From positions 32,001 through 96,000 of the IMG/VR virus record IMGVR_UViG_3300032316_000329: a stretch of DNA of 64,000 nucleotides; one strand, given 5' to 3'. The first letter of the stretch is position 1; the number at the start of each line of letters is the position of its first letter. The translations under genes and the position numbers were made by a program. The notes beneath the pieces were generated by a model. It did no database searches and was not told where the DNA came from. It was given only the letters and a program-made list of their open reading frames with translations. This DNA is from a virus. Of this stretch, positions 26,386-36,174 are shown piece by piece.

Positions 26386-27714
26386 ATGTATTCTACTAGC
26401 ACCATTGATCTGAAAATCCTTTCAGCAGAACAATTTAGAGAGTCCGTTTCTGAACCGGCACCAAATACTAAGATTTACTTTGCTTTTGGTAAGAATGATG
26501 CTTGGCGAAATGAACCAACACCAGATGTTGCTAATGGTTCTGTTTCCACAATTTATTCTTTTTGGAAAGGAATGATTGGTGCTAAGAAATTAACCGATCT
26601 CGACATAAGACATGTTATTGAGAGACATAACTGGTCCGCTAATACAGTCTATACCCAATATGATCAGGTAGATCAAAATCTGTATAATCTTGGTATTAAG
26701 TATTATATTATTAATTCTGAGTATAATGTCTATAAGTGTATCAGTAATAACAATGGTGCTAATTCGGTTTTTGAGCCTCTAACAGTCTCAACTAATAATA
26801 CTATTCAGACCGCAGACGGATACATTTGGAAATATATGTATACCGTAAGCGAGTTTGAGAAGCAGAGATTTACAACATCATCTTTTATTCCTGTTAAAAC
26901 TCTAACCGAGGATAATGGATCAAGACAATGGGATGTCCAACGGGCTGCCGTAGACGGTGCTATTCATAAGATTGTTGTTACCAATGGCGGCGCCGGATAT
27001 AAGAATGTATCTAATCTAGTTGTAACCGTTACAGGTGATGGTGTAGGTGCTGCTGCTATTGCTACGATCAATACACAGTCAAATACCGTAAATTCAATTG
27101 TTATGACGAGTATTGGTTCTGGTTATAGAGAAGCAACAGTAACAATTACAGGCGGCGCCGGATCAAATGCTACCGCAAGATCAATTATTTCACCAAAGGG
27201 CGGACATGGTTCTAATCCACTATATGAACTAGGCGGCCATTATCTTTTACTAAATCCTAGATTTCAGAACATTGAGAGTGGTTTTTTCCCTGTTGGTAAT
27301 GAGTTTAGACAGGTTGCTTTAATTTCTGATCCATATGTTTATAATAGTAATACAAATGTTTCCGCTAACCTGATTATTACACAGACGACAGACCTAACAC
27401 TTGTAGGCACCAGTGGCGAGTTTGTTAAAGATGAATGGATTTATCAAGGTAGAAGTCTGGCAGAAGCAACTTTTAAAGGAAAAGTTGTTGAGTGGAATAA
27501 AAATACTGGCATAATTAAACTAAACAATACATTTGGTAGTCCAGCAATTGAAGGTATTGTTGGTGCTAATAGTATTGCTACTCGTTTCGTTTCTTCCATT
27601 AATTATCCGGATTTAGAACCTTATTCAGGTAGATTACTATATATCAATAACATCACTCCAATCATAAGAAGTCGGGCACAAACTGAGGACTTCAAAATCA
27701 TTATTAAGTTTTAA
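26386..27714 (+). CDS. gp8: baseplate wedge subunit
   Basis: YNVYKCISNN, DGYIWKYMY, PKGGHGSNP, SGRLLYINNITPIIRS...EDFKIII. Confidence 0.9.
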   Translation: MYSTSTIDLKILSAEQFRESVSEPAPNTKIYFAFGKNDAWRNEPTPDVANGSVSTIYSFWKGMIGAKKLTDLDIRHVIERHNWSANTVYTQYDQVDQNLYNLGIKYYIINSEYNVYKCISNNNGANSVFEPLTVSTNNTIQTADGYIWKYMYTVSEFEKQRFTTSSFIPVKTLTEDNGSRQWDVQRAAVDGAIHKIVVTNGGAGYKNVSNLVVTVTGDGVGAAAIATINTQSNTVNSIVMTSIGSGYREATVTITGGAGSNATARSIISPKGGHGSNPLYELGGHYLLLNPRFQNIESGFFPVGNEFRQVALISDPYVYNSNTNVSANLIITQTTDLTLVGTSGEFVKDEWIYQGRSLAEATFKGKVVEWNKNTGIIKLNNTFGSPAIEGIVGANSIATRFVSSINYPDLEPYSGRLLYINNITPIIRSRAQTEDFKIIIKF

Positions 27715-27725
27715 AGGAAAAATTA

Positions 27726-30700
27726 ATGGCAAGTGCTAATGTCGTAAACACACTAATCGTACCAGCAGCATCTAAAGTTGCTCCATATTATGATGATTTC
27801 GACGAATCCAAAAACTTTTATCGTGTTTTATTTCGTCCAGGTTATGCGGTACAGGCCCGTGAATTAACTCAGTTACAGACTATTTTACAAAACCAGATTG
27901 AAAGATTTGGTCGTCATGTGTTTGTTAATGGATCATCTGTTATTGGTGGAAAACTTGATATTTCTGACATCACTACATTAAATGTTGATATTCAATATGC
28001 CAATTCTGATGTTGATATTGCATCCTTTAAAGATAAAACAATTACCTATTCTTCAGGAAATACAGATATTCAAGCTAGAGTCATTCAGACCTCACCATCC
28101 GTTAATGGTTCACCAGCTTGCCTTCATGTTAAGTATATTACAGGTTCAGAGTTTAGTAACGGCGCCACTATTATAACAACAACCGGCGGCCATTATGCTA
28201 ATCTATCATCCAATGCCAATATGTCGTCAAATGGTTCCATTGCGTTCATTTACGATTCCATTTATTTTATGCAAGGATTTTTTATTAAAGTTCCTAAACA
28301 ATCTGTTGTTGTTTCTAAACACAATCGTTTAGCTAATTCTAAAGTAGGTCTTGAAGTTGTTGATGACATTCTAACAGAATATAATGATGCATCACTACTT
28401 GATCCTGCACAGGAATCATCCAACTATCAGGCACCAGGTGCCACTCGTTACCAGGTTAGTCTAAATCTTGCTAATAGAAGTTTAGACAGTGTTGATGATG
28501 AAAAGTGGATTGAGGTTGCACGCCTTAATAACGGTATCATCACTAAACTACAATCAACTCCAATGTATTCAGAGATTGAGGAAGTTCTTGCTCGTAGAAC
28601 TTATGATGAATCTGGCAACTATATTGTTCGTCCATTTAAAACTCGTATTGACTCAGGAATTACCGATCCTGCAAACAATTTTACACTTGTTGTTTCACCT
28701 GGTAAAGCATATGTTTATGGTTTTGAATGTGAAAACCAGGCAGCAACTTTACTTAATCTACCAAGAGCAAGAAGCACCAGAAGTAGGTCGGATTATAATA
28801 TCCGTGTAAATTACGGTAATTATGTTATTGTGGATCATCTACAAGGGACCTTTGATACTGCCGGCCAAGGTATTGTTGATCTACATTGTGTTGATACTGC
28901 TAATGTTGTTACATCATCAAACGCAGGATATTATTCAACTAAAATTGGTACCGCTAGACTCAGAGACCTTAATTTCTATGGTGGATCATCCAACACGACC
29001 ACTAGACAATATGAACTTTATTTCTATGATAATAAGTTTAATGTTATTACAGATAATGCCGCATCAACAGCAAATAGTACCTCTGAGATTGTTCTAGGTA
29101 CCGCTAATTCATCACTAGCTAATGACGCATACACAGGAGCTTATATTAAGGTTACTGCCGGTCCTGCGTCTGGTGATCTAAGACTTATTACCGATTATGA
29201 CGGAGCAAACAAGAGAGCAAATGTTGCTCTACCATTCTCTGCTACAACAACATCGGCATCCCGTTATGAATTAAGATTTGATATTACAGATGTTGATGGT
29301 TTCGTTCAATGGACTACATTTACCGGTGGAGCATCTTCTAATGCTGCTGCCACTATTGATATGCTTAATAAGGATGATGGTACATTAAACGGTAACACAT
29401 TCATTTCAGAAGCCACATTTGGTGATAGTTTCTATCAGTTACCATCATCATATATTGCGGGTGTTTCAAATACATCATACATTTATCGTAGAGTTTATAA
29501 TTCTGTTACATTCTCTTCTGGTAATGCTACTATCACATCCGCCAGTAACGAACAGTTTGAAGGTGAAACAACCACCTCAAATACATCATCAACAATTATG
29601 GATAATTTCCTTGTTATTGTTACCAACCCAACAGGATCAGCAAGAACAGTCGGCGACCAGGTTAAAATTACTGCTACTGTTAATACAACCACACCAGAAA
29701 CATCCGTTCTTCGTACCGGCAATACATCTGAATCATTTACTGCCACAGTTTATTCAAAGATGTATATTAATAATCCATCACCTAGAACAAAGACACTTGT
29801 TTCTTCTAATACTTTTGTATTTTCTTCTTCGTCACCTTCAGCACAAATTAATGGTCCTACAGGGTCAAATACAAAAGTATATCTTGCATCTGCTCAGGTT
29901 GTTATTAAGAATCCTTCTAAAAGTAATGAAAGTTTATATATTTCCGATGTGCAGGCGGTTAAGAAGGTTTATTATTCTCCATCTGAACCTTCTGTCGGTC
30001 AAACCCTGACCGGCCTTGAAGATGTTACAAATAAATTTACTGTTGATAGAGGACACCGTGCTGAATGGTACGATCACGCCTCTGTTAAAGTTAAAGCAGG
30101 ATTCAATCTTCCTCAAGGTCATTATATTGTCTGCTGCCGTTATTATTCACATTCTGCCGATTCAGGATTCTTTGCGGTAAATTCTTATCAAAACTTGAAT
30201 ACAATTATCTTAGAAGATAACATTCCAATTGATACAGGATATGCAAACATTCCTGTTGTTAATGGCACTAGAATGTCGGATATAATTGATTTTAGACCGT
30301 CAAGACCAAGTGCCTCAGGTACATCTAATTGGAACTTCTCTTTTGCTAGAGTTCCAATTGCAACCACAAACTTTAACTGCGATTTCTCTTATTATCGTGA
30401 AAGAAGAGATATTGTTGTTATGACTGTTAATGATGAACTTAAACTTATTCAAGGTGATTCAACGGGTAATTTTTTCCCAGAAACGCCAGCTAGAAGTTTA
30501 TTGCTTCATAAGATTAGAGTATTACCATATACAATTTCCAGGAACGATGTTTTTGTTGAATCTCTGGATCATCGTCGTTATACGATGGCAGATATCGGTG
30601 CTATTGATCGCCGTCTAAAGTCCATGGAGTATAATGTTGCTCTAAACTTCCTAGAAAAGAACGCACAAGGATTGGTTATTAAAGATGTTAATGGCCTTGA

Positions 30701-32114
30701 TAGATCAAAGTATGGTATTCTTGCCGAGGACTTTTCTAGCCATCTACTAGGGGATACCAACAATCCTGATTATTCGTGTGCTGTTGATGTTAATGGAACA
30801 TATTCACCAACTGGTGGTATTATGATGCCGCGAGTTATCAGCAATCTTGTTAAGCTAGATGCTAATAACGAATCAGCAGTTGGATTGAGCGTATCAGATG
30901 ATAAAGTAATGCTTGCTTATAAAACAACACCTGCTATCGTCCAAGATAAGGCAACAAAATCTGTCCCTGTTGCTGATTATCTATTTGGTGATTTCAGAGG
31001 CCAGATCATTACAACTCCAGAACAAGATATCTGGAAAGATATTACAACCCTACCACCAGAGGTTGCTTCTATTCCAAAACCTGTAATGCAGTTTGATATC
31101 ACTATGACTGAAATTACAAATATCACTAATAATCAGACTAACACAACAAATATTAAAAAAGAGATCACTAATGTTCATCCATCAAATACAATAACTATTA
31201 TTGAAAGATCAGATCCGCCACCTCCACCACCAACAACAACAACTTATGATAAGTTACTATTAACATTTACCAATGGATTTGCTAAACTAGGTCAGTTGAA
31301 GTGGAGGTATTTTGGTAAGGATCTACATCAAACATTTGGAGATCCTACAAGAGATTACTTTATTACAACTGTTTTAACACCACATCAAATTTGGGAGACA
31401 GGTGAATTTTATGGTGATTATGGTGCTTCCGATGTAGATGGTTCCGGTCGTGTTAATACTACTGCATTAAATACTTTACAACTTTATGCTTTGACTAGAA
31501 AAGGAATTGATGCAGTCGGATTTCCTATCGGTTCAGGTGCTCTATCCGTTTCGGACCAGAGAATTGAATTTATTTTTGATGTTTATAGTGCCATTCTTAA
31601 CAGACCTCCGGATTTCCCTGGCCTCTGTTTCTGGTGCATAAAAAGCGCACATTTTAAATGGTCGGAACAGCAAACAAGAGAAGCAATGAATACAGCGGCT
31701 ATTCAGAATAATGAGTTAGGTTCCGGTATGGATCCTAATTTAACAGCTGTATTAACGCCTATTTATATTATAGGTGATGATTTAAATGCGGCTCTTGTAG
31801 GTAGTCAATCTGTAAGAGGAACTGGCGATGTTCTAAATTATGAGACAATGAAAACACCAGATGGTAGAACAGCGGTTGCAGCGAGAACACCGGAAAGTAT
31901 GATTAGGTCTTTCTATGAAACATATCTGGGAAGAGACGCGGAAGAAGGCGGATTGGGATTCTGGATGGGACAGTATAATGATTGGGTTAAGCAATATGGT
32001 GATACTGCTGATGGAAGAGCAAAGGCTGCCCAATTACTTGAAGCAGGATTCAAAAATTCACCAGAAAGACAAACTATTGGCGGAGATAATTTTAAAAGTG
32101 AATACTACTACTAA
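27726..32114 (+). CDS. VrlC/DUF4815-like virion protein, N-terminal part, with C-terminal DUF4214-like repeats
   Basis: PYYDDFDESKNFYRVLFRPGYAVQARELTQLQ, LARRTYDESGNY, RYTMADIG. Confidence 0.85.
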   Translation: MASANVVNTLIVPAASKVAPYYDDFDESKNFYRVLFRPGYAVQARELTQLQTILQNQIERFGRHVFVNGSSVIGGKLDISDITTLNVDIQYANSDVDIASFKDKTITYSSGNTDIQARVIQTSPSVNGSPACLHVKYITGSEFSNGATIITTTGGHYANLSSNANMSSNGSIAFIYDSIYFMQGFFIKVPKQSVVVSKHNRLANSKVGLEVVDDILTEYNDASLLDPAQESSNYQAPGATRYQVSLNLANRSLDSVDDEKWIEVARLNNGIITKLQSTPMYSEIEEVLARRTYDESGNYIVRPFKTRIDSGITDPANNFTLVVSPGKAYVYGFECENQAATLLNLPRARSTRSRSDYNIRVNYGNYVIVDHLQGTFDTAGQGIVDLHCVDTANVVTSSNAGYYSTKIGTARLRDLNFYGGSSNTTTRQYELYFYDNKFNVITDNAASTANSTSEIVLGTANSSLANDAYTGAYIKVTAGPASGDLRLITDYDGANKRANVALPFSATTTSASRYELRFDITDVDGFVQWTTFTGGASSNAAATIDMLNKDDGTLNGNTFISEATFGDSFYQLPSSYIAGVSNTSYIYRRVYNSVTFSSGNATITSASNEQFEGETTTSNTSSTIMDNFLVIVTNPTGSARTVGDQVKITATVNTTTPETSVLRTGNTSESFTATVYSKMYINNPSPRTKTLVSSNTFVFSSSSPSAQINGPTGSNTKVYLASAQVVIKNPSKSNESLYISDVQAVKKVYYSPSEPSVGQTLTGLEDVTNKFTVDRGHRAEWYDHASVKVKAGFNLPQGHYIVCCRYYSHSADSGFFAVNSYQNLNTIILEDNIPIDTGYANIPVVNGTRMSDIIDFRPSRPSASGTSNWNFSFARVPIATTNFNCDFSYYRERRDIVVMTVNDELKLIQGDSTGNFFPETPARSLLLHKIRVLPYTISRNDVFVESLDHRRYTMADIGAIDRRLKSMEYNVALNFLEKNAQGLVIKDVNGLDRSKYGILAEDFSSHLLGDTNNPDYSCAVDVNGTYSPTGGIMMPRVISNLVKLDANNESAVGLSVSDDKVMLAYKTTPAIVQDKATKSVPVADYLFGDFRGQIITTPEQDIWKDITTLPPEVASIPKPVMQFDITMTEITNITNNQTNTTNIKKEITNVHPSNTITIIERSDPPPPPPTTTTYDKLLLTFTNGFAKLGQLKWRYFGKDLHQTFGDPTRDYFITTVLTPHQIWETGEFYGDYGASDVDGSGRVNTTALNTLQLYALTRKGIDAVGFPIGSGALSVSDQRIEFIFDVYSAILNRPPDFPGLCFWCIKSAHFKWSEQQTREAMNTAAIQNNELGSGMDPNLTAVLTPIYIIGDDLNAALVGSQSVRGTGDVLNYETMKTPDGRTAVAARTPESMIRSFYETYLGRDAEEGGLGFWMGQYNDWVKQYGDTADGRAKAAQLLEAGFKNSPERQTIGGDNFKSEYYY

Positions 32115-32135
32115 TAAATTAGAGGAACAATTTTA

Positions 32136-35129
32136 ATGATAGGAATAAAACGACCAAGCACGGATTTAGATTCAATTACAGCGACTAGCATTGCTGTGGA
32201 TCCAAATAAAACAGTTGTTACACACCCCACACAGGAAGTAACAGAGCAAGAAGCAGTCAGCACATTTTCAACTTCTTCCGAGACTTCTGCTGTTGTAAAT
32301 CATTATATTCACCAGACCACATCTGTTCCTCAAACTACCTCGGTTAGTTATGTTGGTGATGTTAATACATATGCATTTGTTAGAAAGCAAAAAATTGATT
32401 TTGTTTCCTATAATATGCGTCCGAATAGAAGAGTATATCCATTTTTTGATAGTAAGGATGTTACAAGACTAATTCAAGCACCAAATATTATTGAATTGGA
32501 TAACAGTTCCGCATTTTATGGTATTGCTCCTTTTGCTATTAAAAACCATAATGAGATTACTGCTAATTCAACTGTTCCTGCAATCGTTTCACAAATTGAT
32601 ACCTCTAGAGATATAGTTTATTTTGATGCTTCTGGTGATACATTTGCTTATGTTTATCACAATGAAAAAACAGCAACAGGTAATACAAGACTATATGTTT
32701 CCGAAATTATTAGAAATAACACAAATGTTGCGATTACAGCAGGAACTCGCGTTTATAAATGGGCGACCGGTGGTCCTGGTTCTAATCCTAGTGGTCCTGG
32801 AATAGGATTATATTACTTTTATCAACTGGCAGCAAATGTCGTAACATACCAGCATCAAAGTGGTATTATGGCTTTTGATACCACTGTTCCTAATTATACA
32901 TCAACTTCAAATGTGTATTATACAGCAACGGCCAATACATATACAACCGCTAATACTATGTTTAATATGAAGGTTGTAACACTTGCTTATGATGCATCCG
33001 ATGAAGATGAATACTACACTGGTAATACCATTACACTCATTAATGCATATGTCCCAGGAGAAATCTGTGAAATTGTTTCATATAATGGTGATTCAAAAAT
33101 TGCTGTTGTAGAACCAGGATTCCTTGGTGGTATAGGTGTTGATGAAGAATTAATTTATACCATTGGTGATTCTCGTTCGGCAGAAGAAGAAGTTGCCAAA
33201 GATAGATATGCAAATAATGCATTATACACCACATCAAAAGGTTTCTTTTCAGGATCCCTTTATATACCATCACCGTGGAAACCAGGCGGATTCAATTTTA
33301 GAGTTGGTGAGAAACTATTTAAGATTACAGATTCACCAAATAACAATTCTTCTGATGCAACCACAATTTCTGAATATATCTATAACACCTTTGGTATTAG
33401 TATTTCAAAGGGTCAGTTAAACATTAATTATTTTAGCAATGAAACTGTAACAACAGGTGGTGATTTACCTTCATATGGTTCGCTTTCAAGACTATCGCCT
33501 ATTCAGAATCCAACCACCTCTGGTGATATTATTGAGGTTGATGATACAACAGAATTTTTAGGTCAGTCACCTATTCGTTCTGTTAAGACAAATCCTATGG
33601 CTCAGTCTTTCTATGTTTCAGAGATTGATTATCCAAGAGGATTTTATATTCCTTATATTGACCTATTCTTTGCTAATAAAGGTACACTTGGTATTGAATT
33701 ACAGATTAGACCTATTGTTAATGGATATCCAGATGCCAAGAATATTCTTCCAAACGCCGTAGCATTTATGCAGGCCGAAGATGTTAATGAAACTCCTTTG
33801 CCAAATGTAAATGATCCGGAATCATATACAAGATTTACTTTTAAGTCTCCTGTATATGTTATGCCTGGTCAAGAGTATTGCTTCGTCCTTTCTACAAACG
33901 ATTTTGAATATGATGTTTATGTATCAGAATTAGGCGAAAGAACAATTGGAACAAATAGACTTGTTTCCGAACAACCATATCTTGGTTCTCTATTCAAGTC
34001 ACAAAATTCATCCACTTATGATGCTATTCAATCTGAAGATTTGATGTTTGTTATTCATAAGTGCCAGTTTGTTAATTCTGGATTTATAGAGTTTCACGAA
34101 GAAAAATCTAATTCTCCTGCTAAAGAATTGTTTAACTATTACTATAATGGTAATACTACTATGGATACCTTTGAGGTACAGTCTAATATTATCAAACTAC
34201 CAGGAACAGATGTTGGATTTAGTTATAAAGCAACATCAATTGCTGATAATACACTAGATGCTGAGTTTTCAACAATCAAACCAGACTCTAGAGTTATTCT
34301 TATGAATAGAAAGAAGATTATATCATCTACTTTCCCAACCGAATCATTTAAAACGAGAATTGATCTATCAACGACGAATAGAGATATCTCACCGATTATC
34401 TTTAAGAGCCAAATTCAACTATACACCGGTGCTGTTCTAATTAATGATCTAGAACTTAGAGCTCCACTTGTTTCTGTTGCTAATAGTGGATCCGGATATA
34501 CTTATAGCAATACATCAATTGCTATTACATCCAATGGTAGTGGTTCTGGTGCAAATGCCACAATCATTGTTCCATTTGAAGATTACTCAACTGGTAGAAT
34601 AGACAGTCTGTTATTTGATTATAGCGGACAGAGTTACTATGATGATATTAAAGTGACTGTTACTGGTACCGGATCAGGAGCAAATGTTTCCATTAAATCC
34701 GAAACAGATCCATCAGGTGGCCCTGGTCTTGCCAAGTATATCTCTAAAACTGTTACACTAGCACCAGAATTTGATGCAGGTGATCTTAGAGTATTCGTAA
34801 CTGCTGCTAAACCACAGGGTTCGGAAATTCTTGTTTATTATAAGGTTAATAACCCTTATGATGAAGATGATATTGCTAACAAAAATTGGGTAAGAATGGA
34901 AAGAGTAACAGGTAAAATTGAATATTCTTCTGTGTTAGAACCAATTGAATATGAGTATCGTCCTTCGTTATCATCAAACAATATTGTTTATTCAACATCT
35001 ACAGCAACTTTTGATTCATTCAATCAGTTTAAGATTAAGATCGTCTTAGCATCTGTTTCAACATCACTGGCTGAAATTCCATATGTTTATGATATGAGAG
35101 CAGTTGCCTTACCTGCGGATAGTTACTAA
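32136..35129 (+). CDS. VrlC/DUF4815-like virion protein, C-terminal part
   Basis: NPMAQSFYV, IDLFF, TRFTFKSPVY, QPYLGSLFKSQNSST, AKYISKTVTL, MRAVAL. Confidence 0.8.
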   Translation: MIGIKRPSTDLDSITATSIAVDPNKTVVTHPTQEVTEQEAVSTFSTSSETSAVVNHYIHQTTSVPQTTSVSYVGDVNTYAFVRKQKIDFVSYNMRPNRRVYPFFDSKDVTRLIQAPNIIELDNSSAFYGIAPFAIKNHNEITANSTVPAIVSQIDTSRDIVYFDASGDTFAYVYHNEKTATGNTRLYVSEIIRNNTNVAITAGTRVYKWATGGPGSNPSGPGIGLYYFYQLAANVVTYQHQSGIMAFDTTVPNYTSTSNVYYTATANTYTTANTMFNMKVVTLAYDASDEDEYYTGNTITLINAYVPGEICEIVSYNGDSKIAVVEPGFLGGIGVDEELIYTIGDSRSAEEEVAKDRYANNALYTTSKGFFSGSLYIPSPWKPGGFNFRVGEKLFKITDSPNNNSSDATTISEYIYNTFGISISKGQLNINYFSNETVTTGGDLPSYGSLSRLSPIQNPTTSGDIIEVDDTTEFLGQSPIRSVKTNPMAQSFYVSEIDYPRGFYIPYIDLFFANKGTLGIELQIRPIVNGYPDAKNILPNAVAFMQAEDVNETPLPNVNDPESYTRFTFKSPVYVMPGQEYCFVLSTNDFEYDVYVSELGERTIGTNRLVSEQPYLGSLFKSQNSSTYDAIQSEDLMFVIHKCQFVNSGFIEFHEEKSNSPAKELFNYYYNGNTTMDTFEVQSNIIKLPGTDVGFSYKATSIADNTLDAEFSTIKPDSRVILMNRKKIISSTFPTESFKTRIDLSTTNRDISPIIFKSQIQLYTGAVLINDLELRAPLVSVANSGSGYTYSNTSIAITSNGSGSGANATIIVPFEDYSTGRIDSLLFDYSGQSYYDDIKVTVTGTGSGANVSIKSETDPSGGPGLAKYISKTVTLAPEFDAGDLRVFVTAAKPQGSEILVYYKVNNPYDEDDIANKNWVRMERVTGKIEYSSVLEPIEYEYRPSLSSNNIVYSTSTATFDSFNQFKIKIVLASVSTSLAEIPYVYDMRAVALPADSY

Positions 35130-35371
35130 TGTTTATTAAAGTTAAAGATCATCCAGGATTGGTTAAGGATTCATATAGCGGCGCCATTTTAAATGTGGAT
35201 AAAAGGGCCGCCGAAGAATATCATAGACAAAAAAATATGCTAAATACCAATAATAAAAATAAAGAAGAAATTGCCGAGATTAAAGAAAAACTCGGTGAGA
35301 TTGATTCTCTCAAAAATGATATGAATGAGATTAAATCTCTTCTCAACAAACTTGTAGATAAAGGACAATAG
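35129..35371 (+). CDS. small coiled-coil protein typically downstream of VrlC
   Basis: KVKDHPGLVKD...AILN; C-terminal heptads. Confidence 0.7.
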   Translation: MFIKVKDHPGLVKDSYSGAILNVDKRAAEEYHRQKNMLNTNNKNKEEIAEIKEKLGEIDSLKNDMNEIKSLLNKLVDKGQ

Positions 35372-35376
35372 ATAAA

Positions 35377-36174
35377 ATGCCAATCACAACCGTTTCTCTA
35401 ACAAATACGTTTGACGAGTGGAGAATCAAAACTAACCAGACTATCGTTGCTTTAGATGACGACTCTACTGGTATTTTGAGAGGTAATACCACTCTTACCG
35501 GATCAATTATTCTTACCAACCCCAATAAGTATGGTAGTAATGTAACTCTTAACGTTTCTAGCGGTATGATTAAGGGCGACGGTGGATTACTGACAAATCT
35601 CACTTTCCAAGGTGTTAATACTATTCAGAATGTTGTTACAGTAATTTACAACACCTCAAATACAGTTTATAATTTAACAAATACCGCCTATAATACAGCA
35701 AACGCCGCATTTGATGTTGCCAATGCTGCTGCCACATCTACAAATGCGGCCTCTGGATTTTCGGTTGCTAATGCGGCATTTAATAAAGCCAATGCTGCTC
35801 TTGCTAACACTACAACCACTTATGTCGGTGATCTAACTGTTGTAGGTAAGGTAATTCATACCGGCCGTTATAGTCAGACAGTAACAGCAGTATCAGCGTC
35901 AGCAATTGACTGTTCGCAGGGTAATTACTTTACTAAAACTGCTTCTAGCGGACTAACCTGGACATTTACAAATGTTCCAGCAAGTGGTGCTTATGTTGCC
36001 GTTTTAGAACTAACAAATGGTGGCACCGGAACACAGACATGGCCAGCAGCAGTTAAGTGGCCAAGTGGTGTAGCACCTGTTCTAACAACTTCTGGTGTTG
36101 ATTTGCTAGTGTTCATCACCGATGATGGTGGGACAAACTGGCGTGGGTTACAGTCAATGAGGGATAGTAAGTAA
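35377..36174 (+). CDS. tail fibre shaft protein
   Basis: TNTFDEWRIKTN N-terminus, ANAAF repeats, C-terminal WP..VKWP.G..P...D....TDDGGTNW domain. Confidence 0.75.
   Translation: MPITTVSLTNTFDEWRIKTNQTIVALDDDSTGILRGNTTLTGSIILTNPNKYGSNVTLNVSSGMIKGDGGLLTNLTFQGVNTIQNVVTVIYNTSNTVYNLTNTAYNTANAAFDVANAAATSTNAASGFSVANAAFNKANAALANTTTTYVGDLTVVGKVIHTGRYSQTVTAVSASAIDCSQGNYFTKTASSGLTWTFTNVPASGAYVAVLELTNGGTGTQTWPAAVKWPSGVAPVLTTSGVDLLVFITDDGGTNWRGLQSMRDSK

Noticed and set aside
27982-30009. Leu/Met/Ile-rich alternative-frame ORFs (e.g. 196 aa at 29419) here and throughout the structural genes
   Set aside because: Shadow frames produced by NNT codon bias in the real genes
32114-32136. Intron, intein or sequencing error splitting the VrlC-like gene
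   Set aside because: Double stop, GAGGA RBS and a fresh ATG; no homing endonuclease or splicing motifs
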